This document shows, piece after piece, positions 40,439 through 53,500 of a stretch of 64,000 nucleotides of DNA. The stretch is from Trichoplax adhaerens (taxonomy: Eukaryota; Animalia; Placozoa), in the NCBI RefSeq assembly GCF_000150275.1, contig NW_002060947.1, positions 1,605,576-1,669,575 of the forward strand, written 5' to 3'. A model generated the notes under the pieces. That model ran no database searches and had not been told where the DNA came from. It saw only the letters and a list, made by a program, of their open reading frames with translations. Numbering within the stretch: the stretch's first letter is position 1; the number at the start of each line of letters is the position of its first letter. The position numbers and the translations under genes are program-made.

Positions 40439-42094
40439 TTAATTTAAAAATGTAGTTTCATAATTAGTAAAACTGCCAAATTCATTGCCTAACTTGTTGG
40501 CGTGTTTAGGTCTAAATTGGCATACATTTAAGTTCAGTAATCGTTCCGCAAGTGTTTGCATCTTTAGACCTGCCAAAATTAAGTTAATCGTTAGTTTCTG
40601 TACTGTTACGCCATGCTCAATATTATATACGCGTATATCGAACACAGGCACTCTTGCACGCCTATACGTAGATTGGAGCTATTTGCTGCGCATAACATAG
40701 CATAAGTTACTTTTATGAATATGCAGATATTACAATAACTGACAAAATAGTTTTCGATTAGCAATGCCATCCAAGTATTTGGAGATTGCGCTTTAAATAT
40801 TAGTGTTAGGCTTAAATACGCAGGCATAACATTATAATTGCTATCGAAACTTACCTGTACAAAGTATTATTTTGTCTTTAGTAAGGTAACGTATACTGCA
40901 AGCGGTCTTTGTAAGACACTCCTCTGTCAGAAATGGCGGATCAGCTACTACTACATCGAAGGAATTTTTACCAACAGAAGAAGGAAACTTCATCGGTTCA
41001 TTGTAGTCATAGAAAATAAAATCATCGCCATATATCTCAAATCTCTTGTCGTATTCGAATATTATATATTGCACATTGTCCGGATTGAGTTCTACCAACT
41101 TTCGATACAAAGTAGGGCAACTTAAACAAGCTATACTATAAAAATAAAAACCCAAAATATTCATTATCGCTAGACATTACATTATTGATGAGTATAGTAC
41201 TTGATAACGATCTTAACATTCTGATGGAATCTACGAGATTTTATTGCTGTATGTCAATCTTAGTACAAAACGTACTTACAACGTAGATAATTATAGAATT
41301 AGTAGTAGATTCTAGTGGGTTGTTGTACAGTGTGTGCCAAGTCATTATGTCGTATTCAAGACAAGAACGTTGCATACGAGTATTAGCGACAAGATAATGA
41401 TAGAATCCTAATACATACCTTCCATTATTGCTCGCTTTTATCGCTTCTTTGGCTAGTGTTTCTGCAGTTTGGTTATCATACCAAAATTGGCTTAATTGCT
41501 AGATTTACAATACACGTGTTTAAATAAAGTTAGTTTAAAAATTAAAAGATTGACAGTATGCGAAATCTTTACTGTTAAGATCAATTTTTCAGTGCGATGG
41601 AAACACCTCAGTCATGACTGGGCGTCCAATAGAGTGTTATCAATTCCCTTCAATATTGAGCTATTACTATGTGGAGGATTCTAGCGTAGTCTAAGTACGA
41701 GTATTTGACAGTACGTATCATTCAAGTGCAAAGTAGGACAACATCGTTCATTACTATTACTTTTAATTTTATTTCAAAAAGCGTTGCGGTAACATGAACT
41801 TGTGGAGGTGCTAGTAGTCCATGGTAATGGATAAAGCAGAAACTTAAGTATGGTAGCAATTTGCAAAGTATGATGTACTACACCGTAGTCTTATTTGCAA
41901 TAAGATTAATTCACTAAATGCATTGTACTCTTTTGCACGACCATGCTCCTTACCCAATCCTCACCAACGCAATTTTGATCTTGAGCTTGAGATTGCTCTT
42001 GGTAGAAGTCTTGTAGGGCTGCGAGAGTGTTAGCAGACAGTCTTGGGACGTCATCGTCACTATCATTGATTTGTTCAGCCTGCTGCAATGACAT
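40439..42094 (-). CDS. EEF1AKMT1: EEF1A lysine methyltransferase 1 (N6AMT2), 4 exons
   Basis: Exons 42094-41954, 41498-41419, 41135-40855 and 40569-40439. Motifs DDDVPRLSANTLAALQDFY, EDWQLSQFWY, IACLSCPTLY, FEYDKRF, FIFYDYNEP, DPPFL, IILCTG and PKHANKLGNEF. Confidence 0.95.
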
Positions 42095-42316
42095 TATTAC
42101 GGATTCACAATAGTGAAATTAATTAAAATTTTGTTCAATCTAATCCAATGGAGTACAAACACTATTAGTGTACTACATCGGATATTTATTATTATAATTA
42201 TTGATATATAATTATAATTATCGGCGGCACTACTGAATAGATAGTGACTATTAGATAGCCGCTTGCTTGATCGAAATCTAATGCTCGAGCTGAGCAAGTA
42301 CCAGTACTGTACTCTG

Positions 42317-42324
42317 TGACGTCA
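42317..42324. promoter_or_regulatory. Full CRE (TGACGTCA) ~220 bp upstream of the EEF1AKMT1 ATG
   Basis: Perfect palindromic CREB/ATF consensus in a promoter-proximal position. Confidence 0.4.
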
Positions 42325-43126
42325 TGACTAGTAGGTCTCGGACAAGCGGACATAAAGGACCAAATAGGCCGAAAATGTCGAAAAATAATGACTTTTACTG
42401 TAATATGGATCTTCTGATCTTGTGCATCTATTTACAATGATTCACTTTTATTCATTTTAAAAGCATTTATGACGTTATAGAAGTGCTTTTGAGCAGAACT
42501 GAAATAGTAAAATGAATAGGATTCAATGAAATATTACTTAATTTAGAAAAATAAGTCAATTATAACGAAATGTTTTGGAAAAGTTTTATCCACAACACTA
42601 TGTATTAGTACTGTACTATTGCCTCAAACTGTGATTAATTGTGGAATATTGTAATTACACTTGCTATGTGCAGTAGTTTTAGATTGCACGTTTTACCGTA
42701 AGGAATTATTAAGGACTAGTTGGGTATTGGCCTATGATTCTAGTGCTCTTACTTGTACTTTAATCCATTACATATGACTGTAACTTGTAAGGATTAGTTG
42801 GAAAGTTAAAAGACTACAGCAGTCGTTTGTTATTTGTTACACGGTGATACATGAACGACCTCGATTGATACTGCCGTTGGTCGAAAATCTGTTTACAAAA
42901 AATGCAAAGTTTTTCATCGGCAATGAATTGAAATTTTATTTATGCAAACCGTACTAAGGTAGTATGAATGGAACTCGTTGAGAGTGTACAGTATAAATAA
43001 ATAATTTCCCTCATTTTCAAATAAAAATTAAAAATTATTATTATTGGGGATAATTTAATTCGAAATAAACGACACGAGTATACTTGTACAATACAGTAAA
43101 TCGAACCTGCTGAAGTTATGACAGCG

Positions 43127-43280
43127 TACAGTACTGTACAGTACTGTAGAGGTTTTTCTTTTCTTTTACAGTACAGTACTGTACAGTACATCGATCAGTT
43201 GAAGACTCGGATTCACTCCTCCTTTTGTACCGTACAGTACTGTACAGTCTCTATTGTACAGTACTGGACTGTACTGTCCT
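43127..43280. repeat. CAGTA/TACTG pentamer low-complexity tract
   Basis: Repeated GTACAGTACTGTAC blocks. Confidence 0.8.
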
Positions 43281-44041
43281 GTCCAGTAATTCACTGTGGA
43301 CTGCGTCTCGTGTCATCCTGGGGACTGAACTCTAGTAACTAATCTCATGGGAGTAATAGCTGTCCTGGTAGTTAACGGCAAATTTGACTCATTCAAAGTT
43401 CGAGTTGAAAATTGAGGATAAAAATGAGCTGTTGGTGAGTACAGTGTTTAACAGAAAAATGACTGACACTATTGACAGTTCCCTGGACGATGTGGATAAC
43501 CCGCGTACGGAGACGCCTGGATTTTGCTTATCCTAGATTAGGGTTGGATGTTATGCTAAACAATGAATGGCCGGCCATTGTTCAATTTGTACGAGTATAG
43601 TAGGCCAAAAGAATAATAATAATATTGATGGCTAATGGAGTACATGCTGAACTTTTAAAAACATATCGTCCATTTGAAAATGATTACCGTGGACTGTGAA
43701 CAAGTGACGGACACTACCGTATACTGTATAGCATTGTTGCCGGACTTGGCGCACCCGGACAGCAACTTACTGACTAGGCTAGACTTTTCAACAGATCTTG
43801 TGTCAACCTGTATATAAACAGTCCCTATAATGTACTCTACAGTACAACACAATACTTTAGTCTGGGGACAACACTTTCATTGTTGCGCCATTGCCCATAC
43901 GGGACTACATTGACACAAGTGTACAAAGCGGAGGATCGATTAATGTCGAAAATTCCATTCTCTTGTAGTTGATTAACTCTATGATGAGTCGATTGGAAGT
44001 TTTTTCCCCCTTTGTTGCAGCCAGTGAATGGGGGGCGGCAG

Positions 44042-44210
44042 CACTGTACTGTACAGTAGAGTCAAGTACTGTAATAAACTAGCAGTCAAACAGTACAGTA
44101 CAGTACAGTAGGGTACAGTACTATCGACTGTAGGCTGTAGAGTACAGTACTGTATAGGACAGTCCTAGTCTACAGTACTATACACTGTACTGTAGACCAA
44201 GACAGTACGG
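44042..44210. repeat. CAGTA/TACTG pentamer tract
   Basis: (CAGTA)4 at 44091-44110 plus interspersed TACTGTA. Confidence 0.8.
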
Positions 44211-44515
44211 TAGAAAATTGGCTGAAAAAAAAGGAATAACATCCCAAATTAAAAATTATACGACGTATGCGCATATAAAAGGTAAAGGACATTACCGATT
44301 GACAGCATTTAGTTGGCAGTGACAGTAGTAAAGCGAGAGACAAATGAGTAGAGAGATACTGTTCAATATGCATCATCCATCACAGTCTGGCGAGTCCATC
44401 AGTCAAGCATAACAAGATCGGCTCGAGTTTTCATTGATATCTCCTATACAAATCACTCTATTTGGTTGTCCTATCTTTTGATGATTGGCGAAGGATCATT
44501 TTTTAGTCATAATTC

Positions 44516-47500
44516 ATGTCAAGAGAAAATCATAAATCGCATAGTATGTGGCCTAGGATAATTAACATTCTTACCGTAAAAAATCCAAAACCGGAGGAGA
44601 AATTAGAATTTAAGGAGTTACTGGAAGAAGACGATTTCAGTGCCACAAAGGTATGTCAACTATTCCTTTTGCCATGTTCAATTGATGCAGTGGACATGGT
44701 CGCCTGTTGTTGATTCATCATTGCAATTTTTCTCTCTCTGTCTAGTACAGAGGATGCAGATAGAATTTGATATCAGTCTTTCTTGTTGATAATCAACTTG
44801 GATGACCGATTACACCGAGTATTACAGTATCTTCGAACTTTCTCACCATCAATCATTTTTTTAGTCTACGCGTTGAATACAACAGTACTGTCTATGTACG
44901 TCCAGTACAGCAGTGGACAGTGTCCATACAGTACGTCGACATGCCTTCAACACTTTACTCACGCTCGTAGTAGACCCCACAGGCAATGAGTGGTGTGGAC
45001 CAAACTGTGTTGTCATGTAGAAATAAATAATCTTCTTCGCTGCTTTCCACAACTTCCATTAAACTAGTCGAAAAGTAGATTCATATTTTGCTACGCCTCC
45101 AAGACTGACAATCTACCAAGCAATATTCATCATTGACAATAGATTATGGGACAGGCATAAAATTTCAACTTCTATTTGTCAAGCACCATTCTGAGGTGTG
45201 CCTGTTTATTGTGCTCTATTTGCTTTTCTTTTAGTGACCGTCAGCAACCTTACCTTGACTTCCACTCCGTTTACTGTACTTTATTTTCATTAGTATACAA
45301 AAAAAAAGCTTGAAAGTAAAACTTGGATCGTCTTCCTATCCAGGGATGCTTCCTCTTTTAAAGTCGTTGTACATTATGGTATAAAAATAATACAGTACAG
45401 TAGATCCCCATGACTATTCCAATGGTGAGGAGAACATTTTTTCTACCACGCACAGATTCTACACCTTTCATTTCGATCTCTATTTTTGCGATCTGGTTGT
45501 GTCCTACTCTGACCTGCAGTCAAACAACGACTGTACATAATTCGTTCATTTTCACGGAATATTGCTACAGCTTTTCCCAATGGCTAACATAGTGTTGCTA
45601 ATGCCAACTTTTCTTCCACACCTACTTCATGTCCAACTTTGGCAGTCGTTGTAGTTTTTGATTGATCGATTTTATGAGAGATGTGTAGGAGTGTGTGCCT
45701 TATCAAGTACAGTGGAACGTGTAAGCAGTAAAGGATGCCGTGCTCGTGCAACAAACTCAACTGTTTATTATTGCATGAATTTACTGTTGCCGATGACGTA
45801 GAGCATCAATATTCTAGTGGGATTAATTGGTCATACACTTCTGTAGATGTTGGCACTATCCAGACGTATCCTAACGCCGCCGCTATCGGCATAGCACAGT
45901 AATGATATTCTCGGCTTGTTTTACAATCGATTCAATTGCAGAAATGAGTTGATTAGGTACAGTATACCGTATAAAGATTACTAATCTTCGTACATGCTGA
46001 TACTTTTTTCAACCTTTGGCTAGGCTTTTTTGGGATTAATTTTCACTATCGCTTTTACTTCGTTAGTATCTATTTGACTTTGACAGTAGTCTACAGCGTT
46101 CTAATGTACTTGATCTATCTAGGTGTATCACGCCGGTAGACGCTTATTTGTTGCTTATACTGGATACTGAATAGTGTACAAAATGATTCTCCATAACAAT
46201 GATAATAAATTATCCTAAAATCTCTTGTTACGTCGCGTAATTGCTATACATTGACTGCGTCAATCTAGCATTTGTTGGGAGTATTATAATTGAAAGGTCA
46301 CTTTATACCATGCAATCGAGTGTGTAGCTATTTTCATCATGGATTACTAACAAAGGGAGATGTTTCGAGTAGATTCTGACTTCATACAGTGTTAGATGTT
46401 CTCTGCCACTATCATTGTTGAGTATGAGAGGGCGATTTTGCAATTAATTTTATTTTACTACAGTATGCCGTATTTCATAGACGAGATACCGGCCGTTATA
46501 CGATAATGGTTTGGTATTGATCATGGCTTATAGAAAAGCTGCTGTTAATTAATTAAATATGATTAATATCTTTGATACTGCTGTGTGCGTATCACACATG
46601 TACTGTTCTACAAAGATGTCTCGCTCAACTATATGTGCTAGCTTTTAATATTAATATTATTCTAATGAAACTTCTTGAATAAATTACAACTATTTAGGTT
46701 GTTTGTCATGGCTTCCCCTATCAACCAACAACTCTAGCTTATGATCCTGTCCAAAGCTTATTAGCGGTTGGAACGAGAACTGGAGCTATTCGATTGTGAG
46801 TATGCCGTCCATTTTTTTTTTTATACCGATAAGTCCTCTTCTTTCACAATCAACCTTCATGTATACTTCACTGATAAAATGTTATAATCGCCTCCTTGTT
46901 CATATTCGATGTGGCCAAGCTATTGGGCTGTTGAAATGATCGCGACTTCTATAGTACTATACAACAGACTAGTCCATTTCGATGGTTATCATGAATCTAC
47001 TGTCCAGTGTCCAATTGGCAAGATGAAAGGATTGCTAATTCATGATTCTTAGTTACAATACAAAACAGGCAACAAGGATAGCTTACAAAGTTGAAGCTAT
47101 ACATTACCCACTACTATAGCTAGAATAACATCCAAAACAGTCTATAGACTGGATCGTCATAGGCGTACAAGATATTTCTTACCTTGTTGTTTACTGCATA
47201 TGTGTACTGTAAATTCGATTTTGAACTAATATAGTAGCCAGTCCTACCTTGAACTGTAGTTAATGTACGATACCTGTAAACGGCAGTTATTTTCTAATTC
47301 TACAGTATAGCCAATTATTATTATTTTGTTTGGAGCTATTCTCTGTATTGATTCCAAATGGATCATGTCATACTGACATTGACTGTCCTTGTTTGGGGAA
47401 TGGTATTCAGTAATACAAATGGGTATTGAAATTTCAGCGCCGTTACTGTATGTTGATGGTAATTATTTGACTCCTTGATGCAACTCAAGCGTTTGAGATG

Positions 47501-50500
47501 ATAGTAGTTCTTTACAGTATATTGCAAAATATAATGCTAGGTAAGTATACACTACTGTGCGATAGATATAGCGTATAATCTGCTCATGGTGGGCCCAGTG
47601 CTATTTTCAAGGAACAATTGAATGGTATTTTTTTTTTTGCAATTCATTTCTGTCGGTGATGTGCTTGCCAAGTTAATTTGGGAAATGCATCGCTGTAGAT
47701 GACTATGAAGATTGCTTTGTTATACGGCATGTATTTGACATGGATTTGGACCTAAAATGAATCATTCTAAGTGAGAAAGATTCATTTTTTTCTGCTGTTC
47801 TCCTTTGTATTTACGTTTCTTTGGTTTCTGTTGATGGAGGAGTGAACAATTTATTGTTCGCGTTGACCTTAACGCCATCGTCTATAAATAACATGCGCTG
47901 GATTCTCGACTAATGATAATAACATATTATGGTACTCTATCTATCCAGGGAATGCATCTAGTAATCAGTCTACATTCATTTTGGAATGGTATTTCTCTAG
48001 TGCCATCTTGACTTATTAGCAATGCATGAATCGGAGTCGAAATAACATTTCAATACTTAGCCATATTTAAAAGCAATTTGTTCAATGCTAGAGTGTGGCA
48101 TTGTATTGCGGTGTCCATTCACCGTCGGTGTACACATCAGCTGACTCATGTCGGCTTGAAGGCATGGTCCAAAGCGTTGAGCTTCACTCATCGCCGTCAG
48201 TCAAAAAACTCATGCGCACAAGAACGATAAGAGATGCAAGCACCATATCGAAAGTACAGTGCAGTACACCGTACAGCTCAGTACTGTACTGTACTGTACT
48301 GTACTGTACTGTACATGTACTGTACAGTACTACAGTGTACAGTACTGTTTGTACAGTATGAATCATGGGATTGGACTGTACTGTGGAGTATTGGCAGGTG
48401 GGCCAGTGTTGATGAATTACAGAGGATTACTGTTCTGGACAATGGTGACTGTATACTAGACAATATGCTGATTAGCGTAGAGAGGCGGCAGTTTGATGGG
48501 ATGCGATGGCAACTGTCGAGTGATTGGAAACCTTGACTACGGTATCCAAATGAGTCCATGTTGCCTATCATTTAGCTAATGATAATGATGGTGATCATAA
48601 GAGAAGATTGTATTACTATCGTCCACTTTGCAGTATGATTCTATTTGCCACTCTTCGATACGTTACCAAGGATAGAAGAGACAGTGGGTGATACGCGTAA
48701 TTTGGTACAGGTGAATTAGCTATGCTCAAGATATCCTGTAGTGCAGACATAACATATCGACCAAGTTTCTTCTTTCCTATGTACTATAGACGAGGATAGG
48801 CTATACAACTCCGAACGAGATGAAAGGGTGTAACATTGGACTAGAACATAGTCTGAAATCAATCGGATTACCACTGGTACTACGCAATGATAGTAATACA
48901 CAACATACTGGTAGCCTGGATAAAGTAGCAATACTTGCAAAATCGTTCAGTTATTCTCTGAGAATATAATCTAATTTTGACATTGACAATGCAAATGGCT
49001 ACGGTTGTGTTTCAAACATAGGACGACCTTTTTGAAAAGTAATCTCATAACTGTACTGTACTATTGTCATTCGTGACGATGATAACTGGAGTAGTTCATT
49101 GTCAATTGATCAAGCTAATTTCTCGTACAATCTGGACTGGTTACCTCGGCTACTATTGACAGAATAGATGATGTTGACATGAACACAGTAGAAGATAAGG
49201 CGGCAGTTTTTACGTGCTTTCAAGATAACTTTACGTCAATGGTACTTGACATTGAATAGTATTCCAGTTTAGTTTATTGGTGTACATGTCGTGGTATAGA
49301 CTGTATCGCAAAGTAATGGACGTACTATCGTACATTGATCCCCTTTTTTTGAATTTCCAAAGGTTGTCATCTTGTATACAGTAAATGCTGTACTGTATAG
49401 AAACATTTCCCCACTGCTATCGCGTCATATGTTATAAGTGTTTGACCTTAAAGCCGTTAATACCACTAATCAATGGTAGACGAATGAAAGTAGGAATGAT
49501 GCTTTTGCCAAGATGACAGTGCGTAACATGCTTATTCTGCACGCAATTTGGGTTATTCATTCATAAAAATTCCTACAATTCATACAATTCCCAGATTTGC
49601 TTAATAAGGGAAAAGCTAATTCATGATAAGAGTATGCTTGAAAACGAGTAAATTTGACATAGACGTCAATTTTAAATGTATTCATTCCTATAGCTTGATT
49701 CAATTTGTAGCTTATACCCTGATCCATGCAGTGACACTTTAACCTTTTGCTTTCTATAATGCGATCAAAGTGTATCGTTTTATCATTCAATTTGTAGATA
49801 ATTATTCTTCTTTATGCTATATTATAACATTGAACGAGATACTGACTCTTCAAATTTTACTGAAATACCTACAAATAGATTATGCTTTACTTCCTGCATT
49901 GCCTTGTGTCTTCATAACTTTTCATGCTCTATAATCTCTTTTTAACAATACAGGTATGGTAAGGTTGGAATTGAGTGCCATCTTCTATATGAGCATGACA
50001 CAGCAATCAATCAATTACTCTTCATGGTGAATGAGGTATTGCCTTGCTGCTTTAATGGTGTAAAATTTATAACTTTTATTTATCATATATCTCATTGTAG
50101 AAATAAAATTTAAAAAAGCTACTTTACAAATTATTCAATAGCCATTATTACCTACTGGCGCTTATAACTTCTTTAAACATTCATTATGTTTATCGAAGCT
50201 TACTGTAGAAAATTGAAGTTGCAGTATTAATTGCTAATAATCATTGATTATATTATCCGACATTGCGCAATATTTAACGTAAACTAGATCAATTGTTGTT
50301 ATTGCATTCTGTTATTTAATGCAACGCAACTGTGGATATTAATCTAGGGAGCTCTAATTAGCGTTTCAAGTGATGTTGTCCATTTATGGAATTTACGTCA
50401 ACAAAGACCTGCAGTGTTGCACTCTCTAAAGTTTAAAAAAGAAAAGTAAGTTATAAATAGTACTGCATAGAGTATTGATCTTACTTAAGTAATGTAAAGT

Positions 50501-53500
50501 ACAAGTGGTAGTGTGATTTTGAATATACCATTACACTTTTATGTAGTTTGTCTAGATAGATAGAAACAATCGTAAATAACTCATTCTGTAATTTTCGTTG
50601 CTTATACAGTTTAACATGTATCACGGTACAAATTGTTCGAGAGTAGTATTAATTAACTACATTATGTATCGATGTTTGCTGTTATAGTTTATTTTTGTCT
50701 TGCTGCTAGTGGTGATAAGCGATCAACCATCATTTCTAATCTTCTCGAAAATTGATAATATTTACTTTTAAAGATTTTTTATTTGTTAATGGGATATCAC
50801 CACGATATCTATGACTGCTAATTGCTTTGATATCGTAGAAAACTATATGAATATTGGATTGTTTGTATTTATTCTAGAGTCACCTATTGCTACGTACCAT
50901 TAAAATCAAAATGGCTTTATGTTGGCTCCAAAAAGGGTAATACATACATTGTGAACGTTGAAACTTTCGAAATATCAGAATATATTATCTATTGGAATCG
51001 AGCCATAACTACGTAAGTATTACTATTCTTAGGCCTTTCTGTAGTCAGTGCAATTTAAACTTGAAAACGCTTAGAAATGATGATTTAGTTTATTATTGAG
51101 AGTTATCGAGCTTGAATTTGTAAAATATTTTACTTGGTGGCAGGTCTTGCAGCACTCATCCCGGTAGTGTAAAATACATAGGTGAAAAACCAGATGACAG
51201 TAATAAGGTTGGTACTTGTTAATTAGGTCGAATTTTATTCGTTAAACAGTAAAATGTTTTGTTTAGCCTATGTAAATTTTTAGCTTGAGTAGCTCGTTAA
51301 AGATTTGTTTTGTTTTAGTTGCTGATTGGATTTGAATTGGGTATGTTGTCGCTGTGGGATTTAAAGAGTCAACAGACCGTTGTCAAAATTCAATGTCAAC
51401 TCGCACTAATGTCAGTATCATGGAATTTTGACGGAAAGACATTGATGTGTAGCCATCCTGATGGCACTCTTACTACATGGAATATTAACAAGACTAAGAA
51501 ACCAATTCAAGTTAAAGTTCCTCATGGTATGAAATAGTAAAAGTTTTAAATCGAATAAAATGAATCGATAACACTAAAACTGTAGGTGTACTATTCGGTA
51601 TTTGGTGATATTTGTGGCAATGCTATTTGTCGTTACAATAAATGATACAGCGGATAATTGATACGATATAAAAATCGAAATATTCTCAGCTTGTCATAAT
51701 GTATGTACGTAGTGCAGCTTGATAATGACGATTGATGTTATATTCCATCTCCACTTCAGATTAGTCTTTCAATATTTGTTGTATTATTGTTATTTCGTTA
51801 AATATTTTGAGTATCAGTGTTAATTTGCAACGTTTTGGTTATCTATCTCTACATATCTTGCAAACAAATGAATGTGAAACCATTTCTTTAAATGCTTGTA
51901 TTAGTGATTAAAGTACTGTGCAATCTACAATTCAATTTATTGCCATGTTGTAAATTGCATTTTTACAAGATATCTTGTTAGAAAAGGTAAATTTTTTATG
52001 CGTCTAGTCTCTCTAGTTTCTTATTCGTACTAAATGATCCATAGCTCTTAACTAAATAGATTGTACTAAGTAGCACATCCTCATCTAAATCAAATATTAC
52101 GTCCTAGTCGAAATTCTGTAGAGGGTGATAGATGTAGCTACTATACAGTGTGCTTATCATTATGCACATATCCGAATTATATTAATTGCTTTACTGGATA
52201 AATTAGCATCGTTATTTATTGGTATTTAATAATGGTAGTTATTAATATGAACTCTTTAGGACATGTTAAAAATTGGTCAAAAACCGATAAATGTCAACCG
52301 TGTACCATTGTTAACAAGGTTGCTTGGGTGCAAGGCAAAGGGAGGTAAAATGCTCTCTTCAATTGCATTAATATGTCATCTAAAACTTTTACGGTGCACG
52401 ATTCATAGTTTCTGTCAAATTTTTTAGCGAGCCATTCATTATGTTTACCGGTGGTGTTGCCACAGATCGACCAAATCGAGATCAGTGCTTTACAATAATG
52501 CAAGGAAGAGAAATGACTTTGTTTGAAATGGAAGATGATATTATAGACTTTACGTGTTTATATGGCAGCCCTTGGCCGAATGGTATATATTTTCCAATCA
52601 AATTTCTAGGTTATAACTTTCAAAACATTAATCATTTTTGATTGCACGTGATATCTATTTAGACTTTGAAGATCCATTTGCAGTCGCTATTTTACTTGAA
52701 AATGGCTTGGCGGTGTACGACTTAACATTACCAAAGTATGGAAGTAGGATAAATATCTTAAAAGGAATAATACAGCAATATGAATTCATTTTACTCGGAA
52801 ATTCATCCATTAATTTTGGTCGATGTATAGCGTCTGCTTTACTACTTGGAATAGCCTGTTGTATACGTATATAGCTTGATTAGAAATATCCGCATCTGTT
52901 ACGAATTTGTATCTAATGTCTTAGCTGTGTCATATTTGTAAGATCAGATATGCACCGCTAATTGGCATATTAAGATCTTCATATAATTTTTGTTCGCATT
53001 TTGTGCTACAATTAGTTATCCGCCGTATAAAATCCCATATACCATCAATATTCACGAATCAGCAGTTACGTCAACTCAGTTTTATTCTGACTGTCCAGTG
53101 GATTTGTTCACGTGCCTTTATTCGCTTGGAAAGAAGCATAAAAAGAGTGGTATTAGCTATTCAGAAACGGTAGAGTGGATGACAATACTTGACTGACATA
53201 ATCTTTATTATTTTATAAGAGATTATACAATACGAACAGTACCCCTTGATCAAGTAGTAACAATTTATTATTTAGGAATGGCCCTTGAAAGGTGGCACTT
53301 GGGGTGAATCTTACAAAGATTCTTCACTTGATTTAGTTATTACGGGGTAATTCAATAAGGATCTAATTTGATTTTTATGAGCGTTATCAGCACTGTACAA
53401 GTTACTCATCATTGGACTCTATAACATTAACTTTTAGACATTCTGATGGATCTTTACGATTTTGGGACGCAACAGCTAGTAAGACAATAATCATATTGTG

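Noticed and set aside
42940-48571. ORFs rich in YCTVL/STVQY
   Set aside because: They are translation artefacts of the CAGTA/TACTG pentamer repeats.
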